Shown one piece after another: positions 50,985 to 63,562 of a stretch of DNA of 64,000 bases; position 1 is the stretch's first letter; every line of letters begins with the position of its first letter. Location of the stretch: the NCBI RefSeq assembly GCF_018350175.1, contig NC_058368.1, positions 141,112,001 to 141,176,000 of the forward strand, in the 5' to 3' direction. A model generated the notes under the pieces. It saw nothing but the letters and a program-made list of their open reading frames with translations. It did no database searches and had not been told where the DNA came from. This DNA comes from Felis catus. Taxonomy: Eukaryota. The position numbers and the translations under genes were made by a program.

Positions 50985-51492
50985 CAACACAGAAAATAAA
51001 ATTCATTAAGTAGTTTTAAAATATCTGGTAAATCCAAAATAAGGCAGAAAAAGAAGGAAAATGACAACCAAGGGCAGAGGAGATAAGTGAAAAAGAGTAA
51101 GTTGATACATGTAAACCTAACCATATCAATAATTACATTAAATGTAAGTGGTCTAAAAACCTCAAAAGGCAGAGATTATCAGATTGGATAAAAGAAGAGA
51201 ATATAGAAAACTGTATGCTGTCAACCAGTCACCCACCTTAAATATAAAGACACAGAAAGGTTAGAAGTCAAATGATAGAAAAAGATACACAATGCTAATA
51301 GTAATCAAAAGAAAGCTGAAGTGAATATAGTAATGTCAAACAAAATTAATTTTGGACCTGAGAATATGAGCAGTGATAAATATTATCGTTCCAAAGTAAG
51401 TCCATTCCAAAAATGAGTCAATGAATCAAGACTATATAATACTATAATATGCATATAGTCATAGGACTTCAAAATATATTGGAATAAATACT
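50985..51492 (+). mobile_element. Old L1 inter-ORF/ORF2 endonuclease-start fragment
   Basis: ATATCAATAATTACATTAAATGTAA..GGTCTAAA...AAAGGCAGAGATTATCAGATTGGATAAAA. Confidence 0.85.
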
Positions 51493-53319
51493 GGTGGGTT
51501 TTTTTTATCTTAACCTCTGTTCATCCCCCCCCCCCCCCCACACCTTTTCCTGGTTTTTTTTTTTTTTTTTTTTGCTTTGGGGAATGTACTCTCCAGCTGA
51601 CCTTTTATCATGCCCTTCTCTCTTGGATCCTACTCCTAGGGATACAGCTCCAGCATCTTTCTGCTGGCACCACTGCGCTCCAGGGGCAGGTAGCCTTCTT
51701 GGATAGGTTCCCTTCAAGGTACCCATTGTCCACTTGCCCCACAGGACAGATAACACATCGTTGCCCCACAAAACTCTGGAAGTGTAGCCTTCTCCCAATA
51801 TCCTCTTGCCCTCTTCCATTGAGTACAGCTCTAGGCAGCCCTCGTCTCTATCATATAGGACCCTGCCTCTCCACAGCTTTTCTGGTGATAGCATAGGGAG
51901 CCTGTGCATTTCCTTTTGCAGCTCAGCAATAATTCTGGTGGAAGGGAGGTGCCAGATTGCTTTCTGCACCTCCCCTGTCTTAAGGGAGTTCTTTTGCTGC
52001 TGCTCTCCTTGGAGGGAGAATGTTCTCTCCCCTTCATGCTCTAAAAAGAAGGCAGTGTGGGGAGGCTCCAGTGCATTTCCTACCAAGCCAACAACTGTTT
52101 AAAAATTATTCCTCATTCAGCCAGCAAATCTCCAGCCTTCTCTCAAATAGGCTGGAGGTGGGAGATGAGCTAATAGTGGTGGCAGTGCATACCCCTATCC
52201 TGGCAAGTCCTCTCTAGGTCATTCTCTATGGTGTAGTGACCCTTATTTCAGCTTGTGGCCATTTAACACCTGGTATGTGTGGAAAAGTGAGTATGTGTAT
52301 AAAGCTGTCATTTACATCTAATTGTACTAATGAAATGTAAAGGACCAGCTAATTTGGTCATTCAAGATTATTTTGAAAAACTTTAATCTGGCAGTAGAAA
52401 TAGAAGATCTTGCTGAATTAAAGATGTTTCTTAGACATCAGCTCAGCAGTTTATAGTCTGGTTTGGAAAGGAAGAGGCTTCTTCCTGGAAGGGACATTTT
52501 AAAAAGTAACATTTAAAAATTAGCCACCATATATGTAAATGCTTCTGGAAAAATTGTATGTACAATTTAATGACTTGATAAATTAGGAAATATTAAGTAC
52601 ATCCATAGACACCAGTTTCATACAATTTGAATACTAATTAATTTTATAATACGAAGTGTATCTTCAGGCATTTTATTGATGATTTCCACTAAGGCTTACT
52701 TCTTAATAAATTGTTGGCCCATTTTCCCAAAGTACCCTGTTTCTTTATCAGAAAAGTGATGAGAAAATAAGACCATGAGTGTTGTATTCTGACTGTAGAT
52801 GGAGAAATACATTAGGAGATACTGATCAAGACCACCCTCTAATTCTGTGGGATTGTGGAAAGACCACTGATTAAGACTAGTTCCAAGATAGTTGTATTCT
52901 GTTGCTTTTAAATGTCCGAAAATAAAAACGGCCTGGCATCTTTAAAAGTTTAGAAAAAGTATAATGGCTTAAAAAAATTAGAAGCTGTTCTGTTAGAATT
53001 CTCCCTTGGAGGTAATAAACCCAGCCTGTAGTCCCCATGAAGGGACCTCACCGTACGATACATACAGATGTTGTGATGAGGAGTGTCATCTCCATGAAGA
53101 GGAGGAAAGACGCTATGAAGGAGCTCTAATCCCTTAGCGCATTGGTATAAGCCCAAGGCCTTTTGAGAGCTGGACATGATGTGGTTGTAAAACATGGCTC
53201 TTTAACGTAGATCTAGATGTATTGGGAACCAACATGAAATTAAGTGACTGATAACAGTTGGGCAAGACTCTGGGAACCACACTTATTTCTCTGTGTTTTG
53301 TTCTCAGTTATGCCATTTT

Positions 53320-53812
53320 TAAAAATATAATTTGTTGTGAAATTGGCTAACATAAACTGTTTAATGTGTGCTCTTAGTTTTTGGGGTAGATTCTCGTGGT
53401 TCATTGCTTACTTAAAACACCCACTGCTTATTCCAATAAGTGCCCTCCTCAATGCCCATCACCCATTTTCCCCTCTAGCCTCCACCCATCAACCTTCATT
53501 TTGTTCTCTGTATTTAAGAGTCTCTTGATGGTTTGCCTCCCTCGTGGTTTAAAACTATTTTTTTCTCTTTCCCTTCCCCCATGGTCTTCTGTTNNNNNNN
53601 NNNNNNNNNNNNNNNNNNNNNNNNNNNNNNNNNNNNNNNNNNNNNNNNNNNNNNNNNNNNNNNNNNNNNNNNNNNNNNNNNNNNNNNNNNNNNNNNNNNN
53701 NNNNNNNNNNNNNNNNNNNNNNNNNNNNNNNNAGTATTCAATTGTATATATAAACCACATCTTCTTTATCCATTCATCAGTTGGTAGACATTAGGCTCTA
53801 TCCATAATTTAC
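53320..53812 (-). mobile_element. Carnivore/felid L1 3' fragment
   Basis: AAGTGCCCTCCTCAATGCCCATCACC...TTTAAGAGTCTCTT; TSD ATGCCATTTT. Confidence 0.93.
53594..53732. other. Assembly gap (139 N) inside L1
   Basis: Run of N. Confidence 1.
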
Positions 53813-55650
53813 ATGCCATTTTGTTTCTTCATTGTCAGATACACTTTCTGTTTCATGGGAGCTGCCCAGGTTGTTGGCCAGTGGGTGTGTTCTACACAGC
53901 TAGATCTGTAACATGCTAGTAGATACACGAGAGATCCTAGGGATTCCCTTTCCAAGGATATGCAAGAGGAACAAATACCGTCTTGCTGTCCTTCTGAATC
54001 CAGATGTTTGGCTGTGCCTTGCACCTAGCTTTTAGAAGTTTTCCCTGACTTTGCCTTCAGCAGCAAAGGGGATTTTCCCTGCAGGGATTCAGAGAAGTAT
54101 CTTGTGTTCACAGTGAAATAATTTTTATTCCTGTGTTCCTTTTGAGGGCATTCCTCTGCAGCTTACTGACACTCTCGTGTTTTCCATTTTTCCTCTCTGC
54201 ATCTTTGCTCAGGATAAAATAAGCTGGGCTGCATTTTTCATACATGAAAAACATTTTTTATCAGAATACTGTATGCATTAAAAATACCAGCAGGAAATGC
54301 ACCTTTACCCACTTTATGAATCATAACAGCATACCTCATGTCTATATCGTCATGGATTAAGATGAAGAAATCCTGTATGTGGAAATGGGAGTGGGACTAG
54401 TGAAAACATCTGGTGAGAAAAAGGCAAAAAAGGCAGAAAAGGAAAAGAAATAGGAGGACAGACACAACAAAGTGCTAATGGAAGTGAAGGGAAACAGTGG
54501 AGCCTGTTTCTTAACATGTTTCTTTAGAATTAAAATGGTCATTGATTTGCTTCTCCATAATCTCCCCTATGTGGTTATTAAGCATAATCACTATTACTTT
54601 TCAAAAATTGAGCTAAGAGAGGAAAATAGGTATGCCTGTCACTTTGTACCCCTACTGAAATATTGAAGAACTCATCTATGCTGGAGGCATCATGCTGGTG
54701 TTCATTTTTAAAACACATGATTGTATAAGAGTAGAAAGTAACAAGGTTGCTTACATACCCCTTACACCAAAATTGATTTCTATACTTTATACCTTATTAG
54801 CAGGTACGCATGATGTGTGTTTGTATCCAGTATTTGTGCACGAAATACACTTCTTTTATTACGTTTAATTTGGCACCTTGTATTACTTTTTATTACTCCA
54901 TATAAGAAATTAGTTGTGCCCTCTGGTTTTCTACTTTGGTCTTTACTGCACTTATTCTATCCTGTCCCTGTCAGGACCGGTCCTTGAGAGGAGGCCAGGT
55001 GGACTTGAAGGAGGCCCTTGATTTCTTTGCCAAAATTTGTTTGTTGAATCACAGGATTTAAGGACCTTCTTTGTTTAGAAGTTAGGTACCCTCTCTATCC
55101 ACTCAGACACTCTCACCTGATTTCACAAGGATTAGTAGTCATCCATTTTTTATTTCACTTGTCATTTGATAGAATATCCTCAACAGAAGACTTCACTCAT
55201 TTTATTTTTGGTATAATGGTAATTTTTAATGGCTGTCCTGGAGACTAATTGAAATGGGCATGGTTGTCACTTCATAGAAATCAGTTGAACTGACTATAAC
55301 ACATGGGTTTGGTGGACAGTGTTAGAAATTTTCACCAAAATAGAATCAAAATGGAGAAAACAAAGCAGAATGATCACTGGATCATGCAGAGGCCATCAAA
55401 GGGAATTTCGGAGTGATCAGTGGCAAGTAGAATAGGGAGACAAGCCCTCAGAGTTGAGGGCAGAATACATTTTGGTCCAGGGAATAGGAAATGTTCTGTA
55501 TATAGTGAGTTAAGAGCAATGTGAAATTTTATTCAAATGCTGATTTTGCAGTGGGCTAATACAGTCTTATGTCTCAGTGGAACATATTTATAAATAAAAA
55601 CCTTTGTTTCTTGGATCGTTTTTAAGTGAATAAAGGTTTTTACTCTTTAG

Positions 55651-55698
55651 TACTAACAGCTTTGATACATGGTCTCTGCAATGCTGTTGAATATTCTG
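55651..55698 (+). other. Putative small exon (48 nt, or 39 nt from 55660)
   Basis: TTTTTACTCTTTAG acceptor; consensus CTG|GTAAGT donor; repeat-free; one open frame (LTALIHGLCNAVEYS). Confidence 0.35.
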
Positions 55699-55974
55699 GT
55701 AAGTAATGTTTCATAGAAAACAAATTTGGTTCTTTTGCATGGAAAGACTAAATTACAGGAACTCATCATCCCGCTCCACTCCCCCACCCATCAAAATAGG
55801 ATGATTTGAAAATACCATAATTAGTTTATTCACATGGCTTATTGAAGTTGAGTGGGTTTTACCAGGTCATTGCTAAAGGTTTCCAAGTCCCCTATAATTA
55901 CCTGGTATTTGGTGCTGTGTAGAGTGACTACATAACTAATTTCCTGATGGGAGTTATTATTTGACTCTTTCATT

Positions 55975-56905
55975 ATTACTTTTTATAGCAGCTTTTTTGA
56001 GATTTAATTTACCTACCATACAATTCACTCCTTTAATGTGTACAATTCAGTGGCGTTTAGTAAATTTCCAGAGTTGTGCAACCATCACTATCATCAATTT
56101 TATATGGATTAGCCATCACCACCATGTTCCCTCTCACCACCACCTCCCAGCCCCAGAGAAACAGAAATCTTGCTGTCTGTATAAATTTACCTGTTCTGGA
56201 TACTTCGTATACATGGACTCATACAGTATGTGGCCTTTTGTGACTGGCTTCTTTCACTTACCATAATGTTCTCAAGGTGCATATATGTTGCAGTGTATCT
56301 CGATACTTTATTCCTTTATATGACTGTTATATTCCATTTTATGGATATACCATGTAATTTATCCCTTCATCGGTTGATGGAGTTTGGATTGTTTCTACTT
56401 TTTAGCTATTATGAAAAATGTTATGAACATTCATGCACAAGCTTATATATTCATGTATTTTAATTTCTGTTGTGTGTATACCTAGAAATGGAATTCCTGG
56501 GTGACTTGCTGAGTGAATTGCTTAGTTCTTTTTTAAAAGAATGTTTTAACATTTATTTGTTACGGAGAGACACAGAGAGACAGAGCATGAGCATGGGAGG
56601 GGCAGAGAGAGGGGAGACACAGAATTTGAAGCAAGCTCCAGGCTCTGAGCTGTCAGCACAGAGCCCGATGCAGGGCTCGAACCCACCGACTGTGAGATCA
56701 TGACCTGAGCCAAAGTCAGATGCTTAACCGACTGAGCCACCCAGGCGCCCTTGAATTGCTTACTTCTAAGCTTAACCTTCTGAGGAACTTCCAGACTGTT
56801 TTTGCAAAGCAGCTGTATAAGTTTTTATACAAATAAGTGTATGAGGGTTACAGAATCTCCACATTTTGGCAACATTTGTTATTATATATTTTTTCTTACA
56901 GTGGG
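55975..56905 (-). mobile_element. L1MB-like 3' fragment with SINE insertion
   Basis: CCATACAATTCAC...TGTACAATTCAGTGG...GAGTTGTGCAACCATCAC...TGAGGAACTTCCAGACTGTTTT. Confidence 0.9.
56530..56751 (-). mobile_element. SINEC_Fc
   Basis: TSD TGAATTGCTTA(G/C)TTCT. Confidence 0.96.
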
Positions 56906-57256
56906 TACAGTTTTGAGAGTGAAAGTGAGTGCTTATTCATTATATCAGGTATGAACCAGTGTCAATATCCCAAGCTAACGAGAGAGTTTGATTATTCTAG
57001 AATTTTGGGGAATGGAGGCCTGTTCAGAGTAGTAGAGTAAAGGCAGGTAGGGAGATATTTACGGGGAACAGAGTTGAGTGCCAGGGAGTAATAGCAATTG
57101 GAAATATTCAACTGGAAGGACATGTCCAGGTTTGTCATAATGTCCTCAGGGTACTTATTACTGTTTGTAATGATCAAATCTACATTTATTTTGAAAGGAA
57201 TCAAGAGCCTTAAAATCATTTTTACAGGATACAATTATGTTCTTCTTTAAAAGAAA

Positions 57257-57261
<5 letters not shown>

Positions 57262-57312
<51 letters not shown>

Positions 57313-57510
57313 ACGTTTATTTTTGAGACAGAGAGAGACAGAGCATGAACGGGGGAGGGTCAGAGAGAGAGGGAGACACAGAATCTGAAACAGGCTCCAG
57401 GCTCTGAGCGGTCAGCACAGAGCCTGACGCGGGGCTCCAACCCACGGACTGCGAGACCATGACCTGAGCCGAAGTCGGTTGCTTAACCGACTGAGCCACG
57501 CAGGCGCCTC
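57262..57510 (-). mobile_element. SINEC_Fc with (TATT)n tail, inserted into the tail of the next SINE
   Basis: TSD AAAAGAAAAAA; (TATT)n at about 57260-57310. Confidence 0.95.
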
Positions 57511-57724
57511 AAAAGAAAAAAATTTTTAATGTGTATTTATTTTTGAGAGAGAGAGAGCATGAGCTGGGGAGGGGTGGAGAGAGAAGGACACACAGAATCC
57601 TGAACAGGCTCCAGGCTCGGAGCTGTCAACACAGAGCTCAATGTGGGGCTCAAATTCACGAACTGCGAGATCATGACCTGACCTGAAGTTGGACGCTCAA
57701 CTGACTAAGCCACCTAGGCGCCCC
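57511..57724 (-). mobile_element. SINEC_Fc (host of the previous copy)
   Basis: Outer TSD CAATTATGTT at about 57232 and 57724. Confidence 0.93.
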
Positions 57725-59057
57725 AATTATGTTGTTGTTAATAGTAAGATACAGTGGTAGATCGACTCTTGTTCAATAGGTGAAACAACTCTACCCAGGT
57801 GAACCAACTATAAGCCATTTTGTCCAGAATTGTCCAGGGGCTCCAGTAACAGGATATCAAATCAGACCTTTAAGTACTCTTACTGTAGTTTGTTACCAGG
57901 GACATTCTTTGACATCGAAGTGCATCCTTCGCCTGGGCCTCACCTGGCTGTTGATGCAGGTCGTTAGATCTTCAGGTTTTGCAGATTTTTGTCAACTTAC
58001 TCCTTTTTTAGTGACCAGCTGATAGTGTTCTTACAAGATGCCTTGGGTGGCGGCCCCTAGCCCTGTTCCCTGTCACTCTGGCAGTGGATTCCTCAGGCTG
58101 GCAGTAGCTTGTGGTCCTCCTGTGGGCTGGCCGGGGTGATGCCTATTGAGCATCAGCTGGCCCAGAAACCAAGACATCATAATAGTGGTTGTGTTGGCCC
58201 AATAAATACAGGCTGGACTTGAATACCCACAGAAGGTATTCTTTCTAGACGAGATGATCTGTCAGGTTAGCTTTTATCTACTGATAAAAGCTATATATGA
58301 AAATGTTTCTGCCTTTACTCATTTGCTGACAGCTCAGGGCAGAGGGGTTTGTTTTGTTTAACCATAGTAACTTAATTCACCAGTGTCTTTAATGTATTTA
58401 CAGCTCTTCCAGTTTTTTAATTGTATTTTTAATTGTTCTAATCTTACAGGTTTTTAAAAAAAACACTATAAGGCTACTTTTGAATTTTTAAAAAATTTTA
58501 CCCATAAAGTATCACTGTCTTTTCTATCTAGAATGATAGCTCTCTTGAAAATCTCATGATCTGATTTAGTCAAGTGGCTCTTGGAAGAGATGCCTTCCTT
58601 CTCTGGGCTCTCTACTATCTCGGGTCGCCTCTTATTTGTTTGTGCTAGGGATATGTAAGGAGAACAACTCTATTGAGTGTTCTCCCAGAATTTAATTAGA
58701 AAAGGCAAAATGCTTGATAAAAACGCACTTCTCTCAAGATTAAATATCCTGCAGGGAAAATGGGCTGAAGTTTAAACTGCAAGCGCTTCTGAGATCATTC
58801 AAATTGTCCTTGATGAAGATGTATAGATAGGGAGTAGGCTTTTTTTTTCCTTCTTTTCTAGGGAGCAGGTCAGAGTACATCCTGTGAAAGTGGAGTCAGG
58901 GTTGCCCTGCTCCTGAGGCCTTTTGGAGAGCTCAGCTCAAACTCTGCTTTGACCAGGCTGCTCAGGAAATAAGGGGACCTCACCCTTGCCTGGTGGGGTG
59001 GGCCTTGGAGGGGCGTCCTGCTGCATAGCAGTGTCGTCCCTGAGGTGGAAGAGAGCA

Positions 59058-59588
59058 CGGTCAGTCCTCATTATCTGCGTACTTGAGATTTTGCCTATTC
59101 CCTAAAATGTATTTGTAACCCCAAAATCAATACAGTGCTTTTGTGGTCATTTGTGGACACGGGCCAAGCAGCGAAAACTTCAGATCACCCACCATGTATG
59201 TCCTCATCGGCTTAACAAGGTGATGCTCTGCCTTCTTGTTTCATCTCTCACAGTATGAACAAACGTCCTTTTCTCAGTCTATTTAGTGTCACGATTTTCA
59301 CGTTTTTGTGCGTTTGATTGGTGATTTCGCTATTTAAAATAGCCCTCACGCATAGTGCTGAAGTGCACGTGTGTTGTGTTCCTAAGTGCAAGAAGGCTAT
59401 GACGTGCCTTGTGAAGAAAATATGTTAGATAAGCTTTATTCAAGCTTGAGTTACAGTGCTTGTGGCCATGAGTTCACTCTTAATAAATCAACAGTATATT
59501 AAATGAAGTGTGTTTTATTTATTCATTTTTAATTTCTAACTTTTTTTTTAGAGAGTACATGCAGGGGAGAGGGGCAGAGGCGGGGGGG

Positions 59589-59644
<56 letters not shown>

Positions 59645-59945
59645 ATGCCAAGCAGGCTCCACGCTCAGTGTGGAGCAAGGTGTGGGACTTGATCCCAAGA
59701 CCCTGGGATTGTGACCTGAGCTGAAATCAGGAGTTGGGCTGACTGAGCCATCCAGGTGCCCCTAAACAAGATGTCTTTACATAGAAACACACATTAAATA
59801 AGGTTATATGTTGATCAGTTGACAAAAATGTTGTAAAGAGAGGCTTGTAGGAACCTAGCCCTGTATTTCTCGTGGCACAATGGTTTGGTATTTATTAATT
59901 TGTTGTTGGCTGTGACTTTGTAGACCATAAATGAGAATGAACTAT
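59058..59945. mobile_element. MER82 (TcMar-Tigger) with SINE insertion
   Basis: TCCTCATTAT...CTAAAATGTATTTGTAACCCCAAAATCAATAC...CTCTGCCTTCTTGTTTCA...GAGAATGAACT. Confidence 0.85.
59515..59762 (-). mobile_element. CanSINE with long (GA)n
   Basis: (GA)n at about 59591-59640; head GCCATCCAGGTGCCCC. Confidence 0.93.
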
Positions 59946-62409
59946 CACTCTTCCTCTCCTCATAGTTTTTCAAATCTGTGAGACCTTGCCTTTGGCCCTC
60001 TATGGGAAAGCATAGGGCTTATTATTTCTTGGATTTGTTGATCTCTGTGTCTGGAGAATTCCACTTGACAAATTATAAATACTATATAGTGTTGAGTTTT
60101 GAAAACCTTGTCAAAGTCATCTGCGAGGTCTTTATTCCAAACGTTGAGCCATTCTTTAATGAAGAGCTCAGCCTTTGCTCAAGCTTCTCTCTCTGTAATG
60201 TTTTCATAGGATGTGGTAAGCGTATGGATGTGTTTCTCTTTATATCCGAGGCATTCATAATATGTTGAACTTAGAAAAGAATGCTTTATTGGGCATCTCG
60301 AGAAGATTATTAATAAAATATCAAATGCTGGAAGATTGTATTTAGTGAATGAATTTCATGTAAACAAATCATTTCGCGGTCTCCAATGTAGAAGCCTTTT
60401 AATGTGCTGGTAAAGAGAGTGTAATATTCACTCACAAATTTCGAAAGGGCCATTTGTACTCTTAGTACTCATTTTGTTAGTTTTCTCTCCAAAGAGTCTT
60501 CCTGAACAAGAAAGTTTGGTAAGCATTAATAATAACTACAAAATATTGATGAGAAAATAAAACATCACTATATAAATACTCATGTGTTGTTGAAAATTAA
60601 TTATAGTATTTGATTTGTTCTATATCCTGTAAGCCCATCTGGTGCATTTTCTCGCATTCCAATGTGCTTGTCTATCATTCTCACTTCATGGAGGTTCAGC
60701 ACCATTGTTAGAAATAGCATTGAATAGCAGTGAGGGCATTGCCTCAGTTTTTAGTTTGCAGCTCCCTCCCTTCTGTTCCTCCCTTAGCTGAGCTGGTGGT
60801 GAGCTGGTGGGTGCTGCCATAAGCATAATCCCCCCACCCCCCTCAGATGTCAGCAGGGGTGGTGGAATGAGTTTCTTCTGGAGGCGGATGCAGGTGGAGC
60901 ATCTCTCATTGTGCCTGCCCAACTTTGAAGCCACTGCCCTGAGTCTCATCCCTCTCTAACTTGCATTGTTCCCCGTTCTTGATCTTAACCAAGATGGTAA
61001 TCAGGTTTCTTTCCAGGCCTCATCAGTCATCATAGTGATACAATCCCCAGACAAGTGGGGCCACATCCCAACTTTCAAAGGGTTTCTTGTTTGATGTTGA
61101 AACAAATGACGTGAGACAAAGAGATTGCTTACAAGAGCAGTCAGAAGGAAGAGTTCAGGCGAGGGCAGTGCCTTTAGTGAGTAAATGGATTGTCTGCAGG
61201 TGGATTGGGAAGTTGTTTAGTTTGAGATTAGAATGTTTCCTGAAACACATAACAGTGAGCAGATTCCTTGAAGAGATGTCCTTATGGAACAGTGTGTTTT
61301 CGTGCCAAATTGGCTTAGTGATTGTCCTTGTTTACCAGGTTAAGAAAAAACAAAACCAGTGGAAGGGCGGCTGGGCAATAGGGATAGGAGAGATGATTTG
61401 GCTAAAGGAGAGTGACTACCACTGACTATTAAACACCTTCGTTGCTCTTCGTGCTGAGTCTCACTTCCTCCCCTGTTCCCTCTTAAATCTTCACCCCTGC
61501 CTCTACTCTGTGTTCTTTGCACTGGTGCTAGCACCTGCTAAGAGATGGGCGGACATGATGATGGTCTTTGGACGAAGGGTCCTGGAGCTTCTGAATCTCA
61601 ATCCTAATTAGTCACCCTGCATGGTGAGGTCCCCAGGAGGCATGGGCACAGAAGGTAGAGATTGTTGATGGCTCTTGATGTTAAACCTTGGCTGCACATC
61701 CAAATGTGGGACCAGGAGAGTTCTCTCCACTGGACCATGCGGAGAACTCCTCTGGCAGAAGGAAGGGCCAACCAGAGATCCAGCTCCGGTCTGAGGTGTG
61801 TAGCAGGGCTGGCAGGCTTCAGGCTTTCTCTGGGGGCAGCTGTCGGGGTTCTTAGCCTGGCTTCCTCACCAGCCAGACCGGAGTTAGGTGCGCTCCCGAG
61901 TCACACAGGAAGTGAAAAATCTCCTGCAAACAGTGCCCTTCCCAGTGTAGAGCGGAGGCTCAACCCTCCCATTTGCTCAGGAATAAAATCAGCCCTGGGG
62001 AATATCACTATGCATTGAATTCCTGAGGTGAGGACTTTGTGGGAACATTGACCAAACTCCTAATAGAGGGCACTATAAAATGTAAGGAGATGCGCTATAA
62101 CTGCATTTAAATGGCCAAGCCCTGCTTTTGTCTTGCCTCTTCTTGAGTCCCTTGAGTGATGGGCAACCAATATCAGGAAGTAAAGGAGAATGACAGCATA
62201 TGAGAGACTGTAGGATTTCCGTATTCCCGGATCAGTGGTGGACAGTTGAGATTGTGGGGTGGGGTACTTGTAGATGGGGCAAGTAAGGCATGGAGAGAAA
62301 TCTTTCAGGTTTAAGCTGAACTATGAAACAAGAAGGTAGTGACAAAGTCACAGGACAGTCTATTTTTTAGCATCTGAAGGTGGGCATATGGACAGCTCCC
62401 AAAGGTATT

Positions 62410-62535
62410 TGCTACTACCAATAAAAGTCACCGTCTCTTGAAGGCCGAATAGGTGCCAGATGCCTCTCACACATTGTCGTCTAATTTTTCACAGCAGCTG
62501 CTTTAAGGTCAGAAAACTGGAGTTTAGAGCAGATT
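62410..62535 (-). mobile_element. MIR fragment
   Basis: GTGCCAG...CACATTGTCGTCTAATTTTTCACAGCA. Confidence 0.45.
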
Positions 62536-62594
62536 ATTCAGGTGGGTGTTGTTGGGAAGAAGCAGTGTCAGTCCTGTCCTTGTGACTTGGAGAA

Positions 62595-62935
62595 TCTGTT
62601 CTCCCAGTGTGGGCCTAGAAACAGCAGCATCTGGAAGCCTGTTAGAAATGCAGAGTCTTGGGTTGCCCCAGATGGCTCTGTTAGGTAAGCGTCTGATTTT
62701 GGCTCAGGTCATGATCTCACAGTGCATGAGTTCGAACCTTGCATTGAACTCTCTGCTGTCAGCGCGGAGCCCACTTCGGATCCTCTGTCTCCCTCTGCTT
62801 GCTCCTCCCCTGCTCATGTGTGCTTGCTTGCTCGCTCGCTCGTTCCCAAAAATAAACATAAATAAATGCAGATTCTTAGGCCCCGTTCTCAAACCCACTG
62901 AAACCAACCTGCATCTTAACAGGATTGCCAGGCGA
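62595..62935. mobile_element. MER5A1-like element split by a SINE
   Basis: CAGCAGCATCTGGAAGCCTGTTAGAAATGCAGA // AGGCCCC...CTGCATCTTAACAGGAT. Confidence 0.8.
62660..62863 (+). mobile_element. CanSINE
   Basis: GCTCAGGTCATGATCTCACAG...GAGTTCGAACC; TSD AAATGCAGA(G/T)TCTT. Confidence 0.92.
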
Positions 62936-63349
62936 ACCCCGGTCTGGACCTCTGCCCCTTACTGATGCTGGAGTATACGATGCTAGTTTGGCTCTCTGCT
63001 TTTGGCAAAGTCATGGGAGCAGGATGAGGGCTGAAGCGAGAGGATGGATTGGCACATCAGTCACAGGAATTTGATGGTCTGTATTAAGAGAAAACTTCTT
63101 TCTAGAAGGTTATGATACCTGTTAATTCGCAGATTAAGGCTTTACTGCACAACGGTTTCAAATACAGTTGTGCATTCCAGAGAGAATGCCCAAATGACGT
63201 CAGCTGACTCTGCTTGTTCTAACAGTCTCAGCTACTCAGTCTCTTGGGAGTGTCATACCACAGCTGGCTGATCTGTTATGAAAGGACTTGCAGGGCCTTG
63301 AGCATGCCCTACTTTTTCACAGCTTGATACCCTTTGTACATGCACCTCC

Positions 63350-63562
63350 TTCTCTTTCTTCTTTGACCCATCCTTTAAAACCTCCATTTGAGAGCTTTCT
63401 CTTCTGAAAAGCCTTCCTTAACCACCCCACCCTTAGTGTGATTTGGAGCGTCCACTCTCCTCGGTCCCACTTGGCACACTGCAAGGCTGTGGCTGGTGCG
63501 TGATCTCTGGAGAACTTAGCATGTCACCTGGAACACAGCACTCAGGAAGCATCTGCTGTTGG
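63350..63562 (+). mobile_element. L2 3' fragment
   Basis: CCCATCCTTTAAAACC...AAGCCTTCCTTAACCACCCC...CCTGGAACACAG. Confidence 0.55.

Noticed and set aside
51505-52086. Longest ORF in the track (193 aa, minus strand)
   Set aside because: Starts at TTG, ends in homopolymer-derived K/G runs, and has no recognisable domain or splice structure; probably chance
57797-57905. Possible MER81/MER94-like hAT relic
   Set aside because: Similarity too degenerate to support by eye
1392-62863. Recurring similar peptides (MAQSV..., SAQVMIS...) suggesting a gene family or array
   Set aside because: Translations of dispersed CanSINEs; no regular repeat-spacer structure, so not CRISPR
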